64,000 nucleotides of DNA from Trichinella spiralis (GCF_000181795.1 NW_003526943.1:6007806-6071805); one strand, 5' to 3'; shown: positions 30,662 through 43,596, counted from the first letter of the stretch. Made by a program: numbers and translations. The notes: a model not told the origin generated them from the letters alone.

Positions 30662-32844
30662 ATGGGAAAATCGAGTCGCAAGGGGAAACGGAAAATGGAA
30701 GATTTTCAAAAGGTGAAATTGAAATTGGGAAAACGATTGAAAAAGTCAAACGACACCGATACCAATTTCACCGCAAAGAGGATCGTCGTTCGGACCCAAC
30801 TGAAAGAGACAGGTTGCCGAGAAGAAATAACCGTTGGCAATTTGACAATTCAAGTAGGAGGAGGATGTTCGTTGTTGATATTGTTCGACGATGATGATTA
30901 TTTTTGCTCTTTGTATTATTGCTTATTGTACGAATAAGTTTATTTAAGGATTGTTGTCGAATAGCTAGTCATTACAGTGTTACGAAGCAGAAATTTGCCT
31001 TGCAATTGATGAACAGTTTCATTTCGAATTCGGTTCGATTGTGCCAGTTGAATTTGTCGTCCATACTGACCAGTGTTTTGCCGTTGTTGTCCAGTGGTCA
31101 AGATCGAATTCGATCGGCTGCAGTTGGATTGTTGAAGCGTGTTTTCAACACGGTCGACTCCAGTCTGATCGGTTCCTATTTTCCAATTCTGGAAAGCTAT
31201 TTGCGTTGCAGCATCACCCACGTGGATGTGAAAGTGAAATTGTCGGCGTTGCGTACGTTCGACAGTTTGATCGACTCGCATCCGTCGTTCGTCGCTACCC
31301 GCAGTAAGTTGATCACGTTCTACGTGGATCTGTTCGTTCCGGACAAGAGCACGTCAGTTTTGGGACGAACCGTCGGCGGGTCTAAAATGATGACCACTCA
31401 ATTGGAACGGTGTCGGGTGTTGTGGTCGTTTTGGAAATTTTTGCAAGCGGTCAACAAAGCCGTTACCGCTGAAAAGCACCAAACTGAAACGTCCTATTTG
31501 GGACCGTTTTGCAGTACGGTGTTGTTCGACGACAAGAGTGGTACTGTCGAACGACATCTGGTCGACAGTGTTGGAGTGATTTTGAAAAATTTCCAAAAAC
31601 TCTTCGAACCGTTGATGTCCCTCTGGTTGGAAGTGACTTCGAACAGTTTGTCTTCTAGAACCGAGAGTGATTTGGAAATCATGTACACAGTGGTTGGCAT
31701 AATCAACTGCTTGTTCCGACTTGTCGACTACAGTTCAAAGTATGCAGAAGAAGCCGCTGTTGCGGTGAAGGAATTTCGCAAATTGTTTCGCCAAGTGCGC
31801 AACTATGAACGATTCGTAGTGCAATTTCCCTGCCATCGTGGTACGGAGAAGAGGACGGCGAACAAGGATATCCCCCACGAAGAAGAGGATATTTTCGCCG
31901 GCATCGACGTTTGCCTGCAATTGAACATAGCCTTGTGCGAGATGTTCTGCTTTGTGCATCGGTTCGTGGGTTTGCAATTTCCACACCAACTCTGCGTCGA
32001 ATACATTTTCAAAGTTGTCGAACAGAGGCGCTTGGGTTCAGAAATGATCGAATCATTGTTCGACGTTCTTGGGCAGTTTCCTGTGGACGACAAGTCGACC
32101 ACCACCACTGAGAGTTTGTTGGAATTGTTTTTCAGCAATCGTTCGTCGATAACTGTAAAACTTTCTCTGCTGAATTTGATCAACACTAGCCGGGCGATCG
32201 GCTGTCGGTGCACTTCGGCTACGGATGATCTGTTGAATTATTTGTTGCAGCTCAGTGACAAGTTGAAACCGAATCATTTTTCTCGTTTCGACAACGTTGT
32301 CGTCGAATACTGCGAACAGCAGATTCAGAACTCAGTCCCAGAGCAAACGAAAGAGACGATCGAGTTGTTGACGCTGAGCTGTTTTATTCACAGTGGGTGC
32401 AGCGGATCGACCACAGAGCAGAAAATTGTCCGTCTTTTGTACAATTTGGTACCTTTGTCGAAAAGTGCCTTGAAACAGTTGTTCACTTTTGGCCGTGCTT
32501 GTGATGCAAATTTCCAACGTCTGCTCTACGTGTTGGAAATTTTATTTTCGAGATATAGTCAAACGTGGGATAAGTTATCGTACGAGCAGCGGGCTGTTTG
32601 GATTTTTTTCATCATGGCAATTTTGCATTTGTGCAAAGTTGAAGAGCAGCGGAACGGACACAACAGAGCCGTGATGTTTGTCAGCGAATCGCCAGCGTCG
32701 CCTGAATTGAGAATTAATTTGTCGTTGGAATGTTGGCTCAGAAGTATAAAGTGTGAAAAAGAGATTCGTTGCATATTTGAGCAGTATTGCGATGCGCGGA
32801 TTAATTGGTTCGACGAGATTTCTTCAGTCAGTTGTGAAACATGA
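30662..32844 (+). CDS. TEX10: TEX10/Ipi1 (Rix1 complex, ribosome biogenesis), 2 exons
   Basis: MGKSSRKGKRKMEDFQKVKLKLGKRLKK.NDTDTNF signature; intron 30854-30948; HEAT-like region with the Ipi1_N motif YLRCSITHVDVKVKLSALRTFDSLI. Confidence 0.9.
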
Positions 32845-32964
32845 AATCATTTTTCAAAGGCTTTTGTTTTCTGTTAGCATTTAATAAAATGTACAACAAA
32901 ATGAGATGAAAAATAACAATAACAACGATAATAATAATAATGTAATTATTCAAGCTTGTTGAAT

Positions 32965-35900
32965 TCACAAGTGCGGTGGTGGTCTTCGGTTGATTAATTC
33001 TTTTTGCAAAATGCGATGGAATTTCGTATCGCCTTGCAAAACCATACGTGCCAGTTGTTCTCGTCGTTGATCGTCAACGGCAGCAGTGGGAGTGGAGGTG
33101 GGTTTCGGGTTGTCGGGTTGACGAGGAGTCGGTTTGTCCACGGCCACTGCGGAAGTGTGGAAATTGTTCAACAACTGCGCCGGATCAGTGACCGGCACCA
33201 GTGTCGAACCTGCGGACGAGTTCTGCTCTGAGTGCTTGGGGTTAGGGAAATGATTCTCGGGCGGGCGACAGTTGTGCAACAACGCTTGCGAACTTATCCC
33301 CGAGTGGGCGGAGTGGCGTCGCTCAGCCGGAGGAGCGACTAGCGGAAACGGCCGCTGGGAACGGCTAGAAGCCGACGAATAGTTGGAATCGACGTCCGAC
33401 GTGCTGCTGAGCGACTGCTCTTTCAAAACCAACAGCAAATTGTTGTTGGCAACGGTCAGCGCCGGCACTGGCACCGGGGTCGGCAATTTCGGCCCCTCGA
33501 ACGCCGGAGGATATCGCTGAGTTTCAAGCCGTCGTTGGTGGTCACCGGCGGCCGGGCACAGCAGGGGCAACAGGGTCGGCAGAAACACCAATCCGTGGAA
33601 CATGCCGACGGTGACGGCCAGAAGCACCGTCTTGACGAACGTCTCCACCATGCGCGAGTCGACCAAAATCAACACCGACACCCCGGCCGTGGCCAAAAAT
33701 CCGCTCTGCAAAGTCGGCACCACGACGTGACGAAAAGCGACTGTCAGCTTGTCGACAGAGGTCGGTTGGTCAATTGCCTAATGGGAAAGAAAAAACGTGA
33801 ATGAAAAGAGATGAGAGAATCAGTGGAACGGTCCAGATGCTCACCACGTAGTGGTAGGCGACGTGGGCGACGTAGTCGACCGAAAGACCGACGCTCATGG
33901 TGATCGTGATCATGGAGATGATGTCGACGCGCACTTGCCACAACGAGAGCAGCGCCACGACGCCGGCGCTGATCGAGCAGACCGCCAAGCCGACCGCCAC
34001 CACGCCACTGAGGCTGGAGACGAACAACGCCACCGTCGCGGTCATGATCAGCACCGCGACGGCGACGTCTTGGAACAGGGTCCGCCAGACCGACTCGTCC
34101 TGGTCGATCAGCAAAAACGTCGGGTGGAAAACGAAGCCCGACAGTGCGGACTCTTGGAACCGGCGACGAAGCAGTGAAGCAATGCGCGAATAATTCGACC
34201 GTCCGACGTGCCTCAGCCGGACGGTCATTTTGCTCCGTTCGACGACCAGGGCGACTTTGTCGTTGAACTGGACGTCGGATGCGAGATGCCGATTCTCGGC
34301 CAACTGGAAAAACTCACCCAACAGCAACGACAATTGCAGACGTTGGTCGTCGTTGTCGGCTCTGTTCGGCGAGTTGACATTGTCGCGCTTCTTTTTCTTC
34401 ATGTAATCGAAAAACTGCTGGAGCCAAAATTGACCCTCGGACGAGTGGACCGTGGACGTCAGTGACCGGTACAAATTCAGATGACGTTCCACCAGTTCGC
34501 TGTCGGCCAAGTTGAACGGCTGGTCGACGAACGCGACCGCGAAATCACCGTAAGCTGAAAAATAACGATCGTTGGCTTTGAACGTGGCCGCGACGTACGA
34601 TTTTCCCGGCAACAGATCGTCCACGGCCGTGCCCACTTCCAAGCCGACCATACCGTAGCCGACCACGCCCACGTAGAGCAGGTAGATGATCGAGACGAAA
34701 TATTTCGACGCCGAATTGCAAAGCACCGAAGCCATGGTCGAACTGAGCGTTTCGTTGAATTTTTGCAAAACTGGCCACCGGATCTGCAGTTGTCGATCTT
34801 CACTGTTGGAAATTTCTCAACAAATATTATTCTCATTTTTCGTTTGGTCAAATTCCACTTTTCCTATCGGTCGATCATATTTACCGAAATTTTTCGTCCC
34901 CTTTCTTTTGAAAGTCACGCAATGACGGTTCGACAATTCTCGACGACCATCGTAAACCAACAACGCGGTGAAAAATGTCACCTGATACAAAAATGTGCAC
35001 AACAATGCCACTGCACAATAGGTGCAGAATATTTCTAAATTTTCAAAAACACCATTAATAAAATCTATTCTGATCATCATCGTCAAACTTACGAACAGCT
35101 GGAAATGGAGTCAAATTACCAATGCCGAAAGACAAACCATCAGTTAGGGCGGTGATCAGTATGGATACAGCACTGTTGGCGACAGTTTCCGCAACTCGCT
35201 CATCAATTGTTGCAAATTGTCTCGTCTCTCTCCAAGCGCTGAGCATTAGAAATACATTGTCCACACTGACGGCTGGAAAGAAGAAGAAGAAGAAAAAAAA
35301 TTAATATTCTCAATTTTGAATTAATCCTTTTCAATTTCGCTCACATAAGACCAAAAACGGCATCATCATCACCATCGAGATGTAATTGTACCGACAGTGG
35401 AACAAAATTCCCACAGCCGTCAGGATGGCGAACGTGGCGCTGATCAAGCCGAACACCCCAAGCCACGGTTTGCTGGTTATCGGATCACCGTCACAACAGC
35501 CGCCGATCGTCAACACGGCCAAAATTGTGATCAAGTAGGGAAAATATGAGCTCAACATTTGACCGTTGCGTTCTATTTCTTCGATCACCGAATGCCAAGT
35601 CAAACAGTGGACATTGTAGCCAGGGTAGCGGATTTTGCGGACGGTTTTCAGAAATTGCTCACGCCACAGATTGTTGAGCTCGTCTTGGAAATCGTCGACC
35701 GGCTCGCGCAGCAGCATCGGCACGCGGAACGCGGCCGCCCTGACCACCGCCTTCCCGTTAGCGTCGCCATTGGTCACACGGCCGAGCACCGGCGTGTTGT
35801 CCATCTGGACGTTGTCCAACGTGACCGTGGGATAGCCGAGCAACGGCTCCATGAGTGGTCGAATTTTGCCGGCGTTGCCGAGCAAAGACAACGTCTGCAC

Positions 35901-36401
35901 CAGCGGATGTTCGACGCAACCGCCGCCCGCTCTTTTGTAACACAAATCTTCCCACTTGTAAACCACACCCCGGTGTTCCACTTGGATCTCTTTCAAGCGA
36001 CGGATCAAATCCGACACGCAACGCAGGCCGTGCTCGCTGACCACGCTGCCGTTCGGTCTGCTGCTGGTCAGCGTGGCGTAGGCCAAGTTCCTTCTCAAAA
36101 ATATGAACGAAATGCCGAAAAATGACGACGCCTCGGCCGTAGACAATTCGTCGTCGTTCGTGGGAAAAACGCTCTGCAACTGGTGCATATTTTCCCACGA
36201 TTGGGAATTGTCCGGGAAAAAATCACTCATACTTGTGTCGTAGTCGATGTCGCCGAGATCGACGTTCAAATAGATGCCGGCCATGCCAGCGACGGTGATC
36301 AGAACCGGCCCGATCACAAATGGCAACGGATATTTGGCTATCAGAAGTCCGAGGTGGTGGAAAAATAATTTTGCGACCACTTGAAATTTTGACAACAGCA
36401 T
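32965..36401 (-). CDS. Patched-related (PTR/PTCHD3-like) sterol-sensing RND-type membrane protein, about 5 exons
   Basis: TM1 LGLLIAKYPLPFVIGP; SSD helices SKPWLGVFGLISATFAILTAVG...MPFLVL/AVSVDNVFLML...SILITALTDGLSFGIG...FCTYCAVALLCTFLYQVTFF; second half ITITMSVGLSVDYVAHVAYHY...FHGLVFLPTLL; low-complexity cytoplasmic tail. Confidence 0.9.
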
Positions 36402-37567
36402 CGTAAAGGATAAAAAAATGTAAATTACAAATTTTCACACCAGCAAATCCCACCCAACAGGGCGGCTCCGTGTCCAACAGCCTCTGGTCCAATACTGAAT
36501 AATTTGAATGGAGAAAATGGAAATTTTCGCCAAACAACAGTCCCAAGTTACCATCATGCCGGCGGCGACGACGACGACTATGATGACGATGATGAAGACG
36601 AAAAGCGGCCGGTGGAAAACAAAAACCGATACATTAAACGGCCAAGGACGGACGAGTGACACAACACACTCCACTTGGTGTTCGCTTGCAATTGCTTCAG
36701 GTTACGCCTCCTCGTCGGAGCAGAAAACTCACGTTCAACCAAGGTCACTTTGCAACCAACAATGTAACCTACAAGCTAAAAATTTCCACCCGACAACTGG
36801 GTCCAATTGCCAAATAATCATCTATTACAAGCAAATCAATGAAAAGCATTCTCATTCATCAGCATTAAAATCATGATGCACAAAAGCAAATTGAACCAAA
36901 TAATGACAACCAAATCGCACACTAAGCAGCGTTGAACACAATTACTTTTCAAAGCTGTTCCGTCCTACATATGCATATACATATGTATGTGTATGTGTAT
37001 AGGAAAATGCAACACTGTCTTAGAAGAATGAACTGCAAGCGCTGTACACTGTACAACACAATTGAAAAACCTGATTGCGATCAAGTGAGTTGAAATTTAA
37101 TAAAAAGATGCTCACTATTTTCCAATTATGCTTTTTCTTTTCTTTTCTTTTTTTCTAAATCAAATGTCATCAAATGTTTAATATTTTCCTATTATTCACT
37201 TTGAAACATGAAAATCAGTGCAAACCTTTACCTGATGTTGCAGTTTCCCATCGACTACTAAATCGACAACATAAATTTTACCTTCACGATTCATGAATTT
37301 TTGATTTATACACAATAAAAAAATATTTTTGCTCAAAATTAAATTTACTACATCGACAATAGCAAAAAATCAATAGTAGAAAATTTTCAAATACCTCTAA
37401 ATGCAATGTTTTCCAAATGAGAATGCTTGTCTGACCTCTATTTGCATATTTTATTGAAACAATTTTGTCCTAAAATCTCATTATTTTTCTTCTCGAAGAA
37501 TCAACAGCAAATAAATAAACAAATCTATATTTATTTTTCCTTTAAATCCAAATCAAATTTGAGCAAA

Positions 37568-38026
37568 TTATAATTTATTTGTTAAAAATAAATAATAATG
37601 ATATACTTCAGTTGCCCATGCAATTTCTAAAATGCTTTTTCGTTCGAATTGCAAAGGTGTCAATTTTTTCGCTTTCACAGTTACAATTCCGTCGTCGCTT
37701 TTGTCAACCAATTCGCATATTAAAGAACAATAATTGTCAGCTGACACATCGCTGACATTTTGCTTCATTGACGACGGTATAATCACATCAACATTTCCAG
37801 TACTGTCAGAGAATATTACTGTTTTTTTCTCAACATTTTTTTCATCACATCTCATCCGCAAAGTGCCTTGCATCCAGATGTAATAAATTCTATGTGACTT
37901 ACCGTCGACGAGTAAAGTCCAAGAATTTTCAGTCGGTTGGAAAGTGGCAAATTTCAAATGACAACAAAACAACTTTCGCAAGGGAAAATTTGTAACAAAT
38001 TCAGTTGTAGATACACTGTCCGACAT
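37568..38026 (-). CDS. RMI2: RecQ-mediated genome instability protein 2 (OB fold, BTR complex), intronless
   Basis: 152 aa with RMI2 hallmarks in order: PLRKLFCCHL, IWMQG, DSTG, YCSLICEL, VKAKKLTPL, AWATEV. Confidence 0.8.
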   Translation of the reverse strand: MSDSVSTTEFVTNFPLRKLFCCHLKFATFQPTENSWTLLVDGKSHRIYYIWMQGTLRMRCDEKNVEKKTVIFSDSTGNVDVIIPSSMKQNVSDVSADNYCSLICELVDKSDDGIVTVKAKKLTPLQFERKSILEIAWATEVYHYYLFLTNKL

Positions 38027-38644
38027 TGAGCAATTCTAAATTTCTTGAATGAAATATCATTTTTTTACACAAAATGTAATCAGAGAAATAGATTTCTTTA
38101 ATTTTCAAATATTAATTCAGTTCTAGACATTAACATCACCAAGAAACCTATGCACCGCTTATTGCATGTGCTCCTAATAAGACAAACATATATTTATTTT
38201 TGCTATTCATGTATCAGCGTTAAAATCAAACCTTAACGTATAACTGAAAGTTTCAAAAAACATACTTCCACAACTGACGGTATAAATATTAAATTACAAT
38301 TCTACAGTAATTTAATGATATTAAAGTTCTTTTATCAATCTATAAACTTGTGGATAATTTTTATTTTAAGCTGCAAGATTTTTTAATGTTTTAACAATAA
38401 TCTTATAAATTTTAATAATTAAGAATCATTCTATATTAAAAAGTTTTAAAATAGATGTGGATATCAAAAAGATAAAAAATCAAAGTTTGCAAAAAATATC
38501 AATGTCAGGAGTCATTATGTAGAGCCACAATACTAAAAATAAATTTTACCCCTGTTGTAAAGAACCATATTTTTTGAGAAAGACTATCCTTTTTGCCAAA
38601 TTATATTTGTGCACCTGTAAATCTGATTATAAACTGTACTATAC

Positions 38645-40250
38645 TGTAACTTACGTGGAACAGAAATCAGTTAAAATATGGTTTGTGTAGTTGGTGGCCG
38701 GAGTCTGTGCTGAACACAAAGTTGTAGCTGCGTTTAGCGCGCGTGTCACGGCCAAACTGCCGACCATCTAGTTACAGTCGCGGGATTTGGTTAGCGCAAT
38801 TGCGCCAAATTTCACGTTCTCTCTGACAAAATTCGACTGCTACGTCATCTCGTTCTTGCCGGCTTGAGTTGCTCTCGAAGTTGATGTCTTACTCGAACCT
38901 GTCGGCAACGCCTCATAATACCGATGAAGAAACGACTACTTGAACATTTCGACGAATCAAGAAAGGACCGCTCATGCATGTTCACCGCTTCATCGTCATC
39001 GAAAGCGTATCAGAGTCTCCGATAGACGCGCGGAAGTTATGGTAGTGCTATCAATCAAGAAGTTTTTCTACAGTACCTACTTTTCAACATTCAGCTGACG
39101 CTTGAAGCCGGCACTTACGACGCCAATGTTGAAGAAATGTCCAGCAAAGCAGGTGATTTGTGGGCTGTAAGCTCCATTCTATCCGTCAGACGGTGGGATT
39201 CTTCCGTATGTTCTGCGGCCATTGCGCAGAATAATTTTCACAGCACTATGGCCTCTCTCCTAGAGTCGGAGATCGGGGCGTCCGATAAAGCAGCATTATG
39301 GACCGATATATCGATGATATGACAAGCGAAATGTGTGCATTGACCACGCACGCAAGCAACTCGCGACGTTGGATCCATGCACACCAGTTGGTGTAAAACA
39401 GTACAACTGCTGTCCAAAGAAAATCTGAGGTTCGGATTGGTGCGTGGTTCACTGTACTTTTTGGTGAGAGATACAACAGAGAGCGATTCTTCATCTCACA
39501 GCCATCACATCTACCAGTTATTATCGGGTGGACTGGACCAGCTCCTTTATAATGAAGAGGCCGATTGGTCATCTGTTGACCTAATGGCTGCTGGCCAGTT
39601 TGCAACATTGAAGAAGTGAAAGACGCCGTTGAACTGATAGGCGGGTAAAAGATATTTTACCTTTGTGACGGCGACCGAGGAATCGCACCCGAGTGTCTCA
39701 TGGATATTTTTGTACAGCAACGCACGGTAGGGGACACGAGAAAGGAGGTCCGGAACGGGTTGACCGCCCGAGGTATTAACCAAGTCGTCGAAAGTGGAGA
39801 CATGGCTCGAGCATGTGGAGCTGTACTGAACACGCACTGCGAGATCATTCGGTTGCTCATTTAACTGTGGTTCTGCAATCTCAATTGCAAATGGTATTTT
39901 TGCTCTGTTTGTGAAAAAGAACCATTTAACTGTTTGTGATGATTCGTAATCATTTGTAATGCAGACCAGCGTTTCAATTGGCGAGCACAGCAATAATCGA
40001 TGGTCCGGAATGGGTACACCGCCTGAGGTATTAGCTAAGTCGTCGAACGTGGAGACATGGTTCGAGCATGTGGAGCTGTACTTCAGAGCCGCCGGTATAA
40101 CGCCTGAGCGACGAGCGGCCATAGTCCAGTACCATGCTGACGCAGAGGTGCGGGGCGTGATGAAGGCCATGCAAATCCAGGATACGGACAACTACGACAG
40201 CCTGAAGTCAGCTCTCTTCAAAGCATTTCGGGTGCACACCGTCCAAATAC
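38645..40250 (+). mobile_element. Degenerate LTR-retrotransposon (Ty3/gypsy-like) remnant with gag fragments; boundaries approximate
   Basis: Abrupt GC-richer block in AT-rich intergenic DNA; gag-like peptide PPEVLAKSSNVETWFEHVELYFRAAGITPERRAAIVQYHADAEVRGVM...YDSLKSALFKAF (from 40010) that ends abruptly; no pol domains recognised. Confidence 0.6.
39747..40082 (+). repeat. Direct repeat of 81 nt (39747-39827 and 40002-40082)
   Basis: Manual alignment gives 73/81 identical positions; it covers the start of the gag-like ORF. Confidence 0.9.
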
Positions 40251-41523
40251 CAAGTAGATGCTTACACCAGAACCAGAATTATTAGCAGCAACACCGGAAA
40301 ATCAAGACAGTTTTCAATTGAAGAAAATTTTTCTGGCGTGTTGCTTATTCTCTTGATGGCTGATATATCTGAACTGCATATTGTACCAAATCGTGGCGAT
40401 AGTATGTTCTTTGTATATGAAAACAGGGCATGCAAATTGTTGTTCAATGTTCAAAAGTATTCTTGTGTGTGTTCCTTGTTATTAGCGATTATTTTAGTTT
40501 GACTGTTGTTGTTGCTGTTATTGGGTGGTGGAAAATAAAAATTACTATTTAACTTGTCATTTTTTGCGTTGTTTTTTCTGAGTTATTATAGACACATTTC
40601 GTATAATTTCATTGTGGTACAATGATATACAGGATAATGCTAAATATTGTTTTTGAAAATGTTGATCACCGAAAAGTATAAACCTTTCCAGAAATAATAT
40701 ATGTAAAAAATTTTAATAAATGATAAGACTTTATAAATTTTGATGAAAACATAATATGATTTTGGAAAAATGAAAATTTTCACTGCTAATGTTAAACCAC
40801 TAGTATTAAAGTTATGCAATCGTAAATGGAAATATTTGAACCAATGAAATGAAAAAAATATTGTAACTAATTACAATTGAACAGCTAGAATCAATGCGCA
40901 ATCGGCATGGGAAACCAATAAGAGACTGCGGTATGAAGGTCCAATAAGATGGCGCGTTCGACGACCAGTAAGAAATGGCGGTGAAATTTCTGCTCCCCAA
41001 TTAGACCATCCTGAGTAATGAATAATTAATGAAAATATTTGCAAATTTAAGTTTAAACGTTGATTATAAAAGCCGACTTTAAAAATTTTGAAGACTTTTT
41101 ACCAATGAATCATTAAATAGTGCAACCCTTCTTCACAGACGGATATTTTTAGCTACTGAAATAAATATTAATATTAATAAAAAGAAATTTATCCTCGAGA
41201 AAACACAGGAACGTCACGATATATGTATATATGTTTATGCATTGATCGTGTCAAAAATTATTTAAAGTTTACGCTAGTGGTCATTGATCTTATTATATCA
41301 GTTCACGCAACAGTGTGGGCGTGAAATTGACGTTTTATACAGTATACTTTGAAAACGTGCAAATCATTATTCTGTCTGTAATTGAATGCAGCGTCAATTT
41401 GTTTACGTGTTGTTGTTGTTGTTGTTGGACGTGCGTACTACTAGTTCGAAGCGTTGACAAGTTGGATTGCCGCGTGCGTTTGCGAATTCGAGGTTGAATT
41501 TTTGGAATTTCATTCCCCTCCCA

Positions 41524-42012
41524 ATGGATTCAGAATTGAAAAAGTCCCTATCATTGATACCTGTGTTGAAAACCAAAGCCGGCCCACGCGATCAAGCTCT
41601 CTGGACTCAGCGTTTGAAAGAAGAATACAGCACGTTGATCAAGTACATTGAAATGAACAAAGAAAACGACACGGACTGGTTCAGATTGGAAAGCGACAGC
41701 AACGGGACCAGGTGGTTCGGTAAGTGTTGGTTCTATTTCGAGTGTGCGAAGTATGAATTCGACGTTGAATTCGACATTCCGGTAACGTATCCGGTCACTG
41801 CTCCGGAAATTGCACTGCCAGAATTGGACGGTTTGACGCCGAAAATGTTTCGCGGTGGCAAAATTTGTCTGTCCGATCATTTCAAGCCGTTGTGGTCTCG
41901 CAATGTGCCCAAATTTGGCATTGCGCACGCGTTCGCACTTGGACTAGCTCCATGGCTGGCCGTGGAAGTTCCGGAACTTGCGCAAAAAGATTGCATAAAA
42001 CCGTCTTCTTGA
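41524..42012 (+). CDS. UFC1: Ubiquitin-fold modifier-conjugating enzyme 1 (UFM1 E2), intronless
   Basis: [25 protein letters not shown]...[13 protein letters not shown]...GTRWFGKCW...[25 protein letters not shown]...[42 protein letters not shown] at 41524. Confidence 0.97.
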   Translation: MDSELKKSLSLIPVLKTKAGPRDQALWTQRLKEEYSTLIKYIEMNKENDTDWFRLESDSNGTRWFGKCWFYFECAKYEFDVEFDIPVTYPVTAPEIALPELDGLTPKMFRGGKICLSDHFKPLWSRNVPKFGIAHAFALGLAPWLAVEVPELAQKDCIKPSS

Positions 42013-42167
42013 ACTGCCATTCAAATTTCACTCGTTGCTCTGATGTTCAAATATGCGCGACATGTGAGCAGTGAAAATGATGATGACCAAGGAAAAGTAG
42101 GAATAAATTTAAGAGACCGGTTAAGTTTGTGTTTTTTTAATCATTGTACATATGCAAGAATATATAT

Positions 42168-42181
42168 GGGGGGGGGGGGGG
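42168..42181 (+). repeat. Poly-G tract (G14)
   Basis: Run of 14 G between the converging UFC1 and ORC2 3' ends. Confidence 0.85.
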
Positions 42182-42320
42182 CAAGAAAAGAATGGAAATA
42201 AAAAATTTCATTTCTTGTTCGCTCCATTCGAGTGGGGGGTTGTTGAAAAGCTGGTGAAAATAATATATCATCAGTGAGGAATGAATAAAAGTAGAAACAG
42301 TGACTGACTGGCGTGTTGCG

Positions 42321-43596
42321 TCAGTTGAAATTGTCATCTTCAGGTAAGTGGAGATCAATTTCTTTGTCTTTGAAAAACTTCTCAATCAACTGTTGTTCCA
42401 CTTCGAGCTGTACCATCTCGTCACCTTCGGCGTTGGTTTTCAAAGTGATAATTCGATGATCCTTGAATTCGACCACATGCTGGCGCAGTGCTTGTTCGCT
42501 GGAGACGAAAAATTCCCTCCGACAAAGCCGATACCAGTCCCAGAATTGCACGCCGGCGCCGTTTTTGTTCGCCAGCACCATTTTGACCAACAACAACAAC
42601 GAGTCGCAGCTTTTCGACGTCAACGATGCCCAGACGCTTTCCAACGAGGAGATTGTGTGATTGGTTTTGGATTTTTTCTTTTTGAAACCTAATTGTAAAG
42701 AAAGATTATAAATAAAAAATTTTTACTAATGATGAGTTTGTACCGAAAATTTTCGACTCGCCGGCCAAAATTTCACGGGTGTAATTTTCGAAAGTGGTCG
42801 CTCGGATCCAGAGCAAATTGCACGCGTTGACGGTCGACCGGTCGAACAGAGCCGACGCCCGGCGGTGATCGGTCGTGGCGATCAGATGGAAGCGTTTGCA
42901 AGTGAAAATCGTCGCCAGCGCTTGTTGATTGGTCTCGGATTGGAGTGGCAAATTTCGATCGATGCAGTGGAAAACGAGAACGACGTCAATCTGAGGACGC
43001 AGCTTTTCCACACCTTCCGCCACAGCTCTGGCCAGTTGAACGATGCCGGCGGCTGCGGGCGTGGCAGTGGCGCCCCGACTGTCCAAATGCAGACTGTTGA
43101 ATACGGTCAGCAGCGAATGGCGGAGTGAAAAGTCCGGCAAGTAGCATCTGAAAACGAAATAATTGTAATAATTTTTCAATTTCTCTTCGCAAAATTGTTC
43201 CATCAGAGCGATCTTCGATCCATAGCCGTAGAGGATCAAATTGAAATGGCACAAATACCACAGCCAAGTGTCGAACGAGCTTTGCAATTGTTTCGAGGCA
43301 TTTTCGATCACTTTGCGTGGAATTGTTTGACCAGATCGATCGTCCGTATTCAACAATTTCATGGCTGAACCATGAAAACGCTCATGAAAAAATGCTTCTT
43401 GTTCATTATCTGATGATGATTGTTGTTGTTGTTGTTGACGTTCACTTTTGTTCATCATGTTGTTCGACGTGCCTCGTTTTCTGCAAATGAAATTTCTCGA
43501 CGCAATTTTCATCTTTTCTTCTTCTTCTTCAACAACAATTTCTTCTTCTTCTTCTTCTTCACCATCATCATCATCACCACTTGAAATGTTGTCCAT
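42321..43596 (-). CDS. ORC2: Origin recognition complex subunit 2, 2 exons
   Basis: FNLILYGYGSKIALMEQF, VFHCID, HLIATTDH, WIRATTFENYTRE, LESVWASLT, winged helix LCRREFFVSSEQALRQHVVEFKDHRII; intron 42689-42743 restores the frame. Confidence 0.93.

Noticed and set aside
36435..36876. Short ORFs on both strands upstream of the PTR gene
   Set aside because: Low-complexity triplet-repeat sequence with no domain; likely 5' UTR or promoter.
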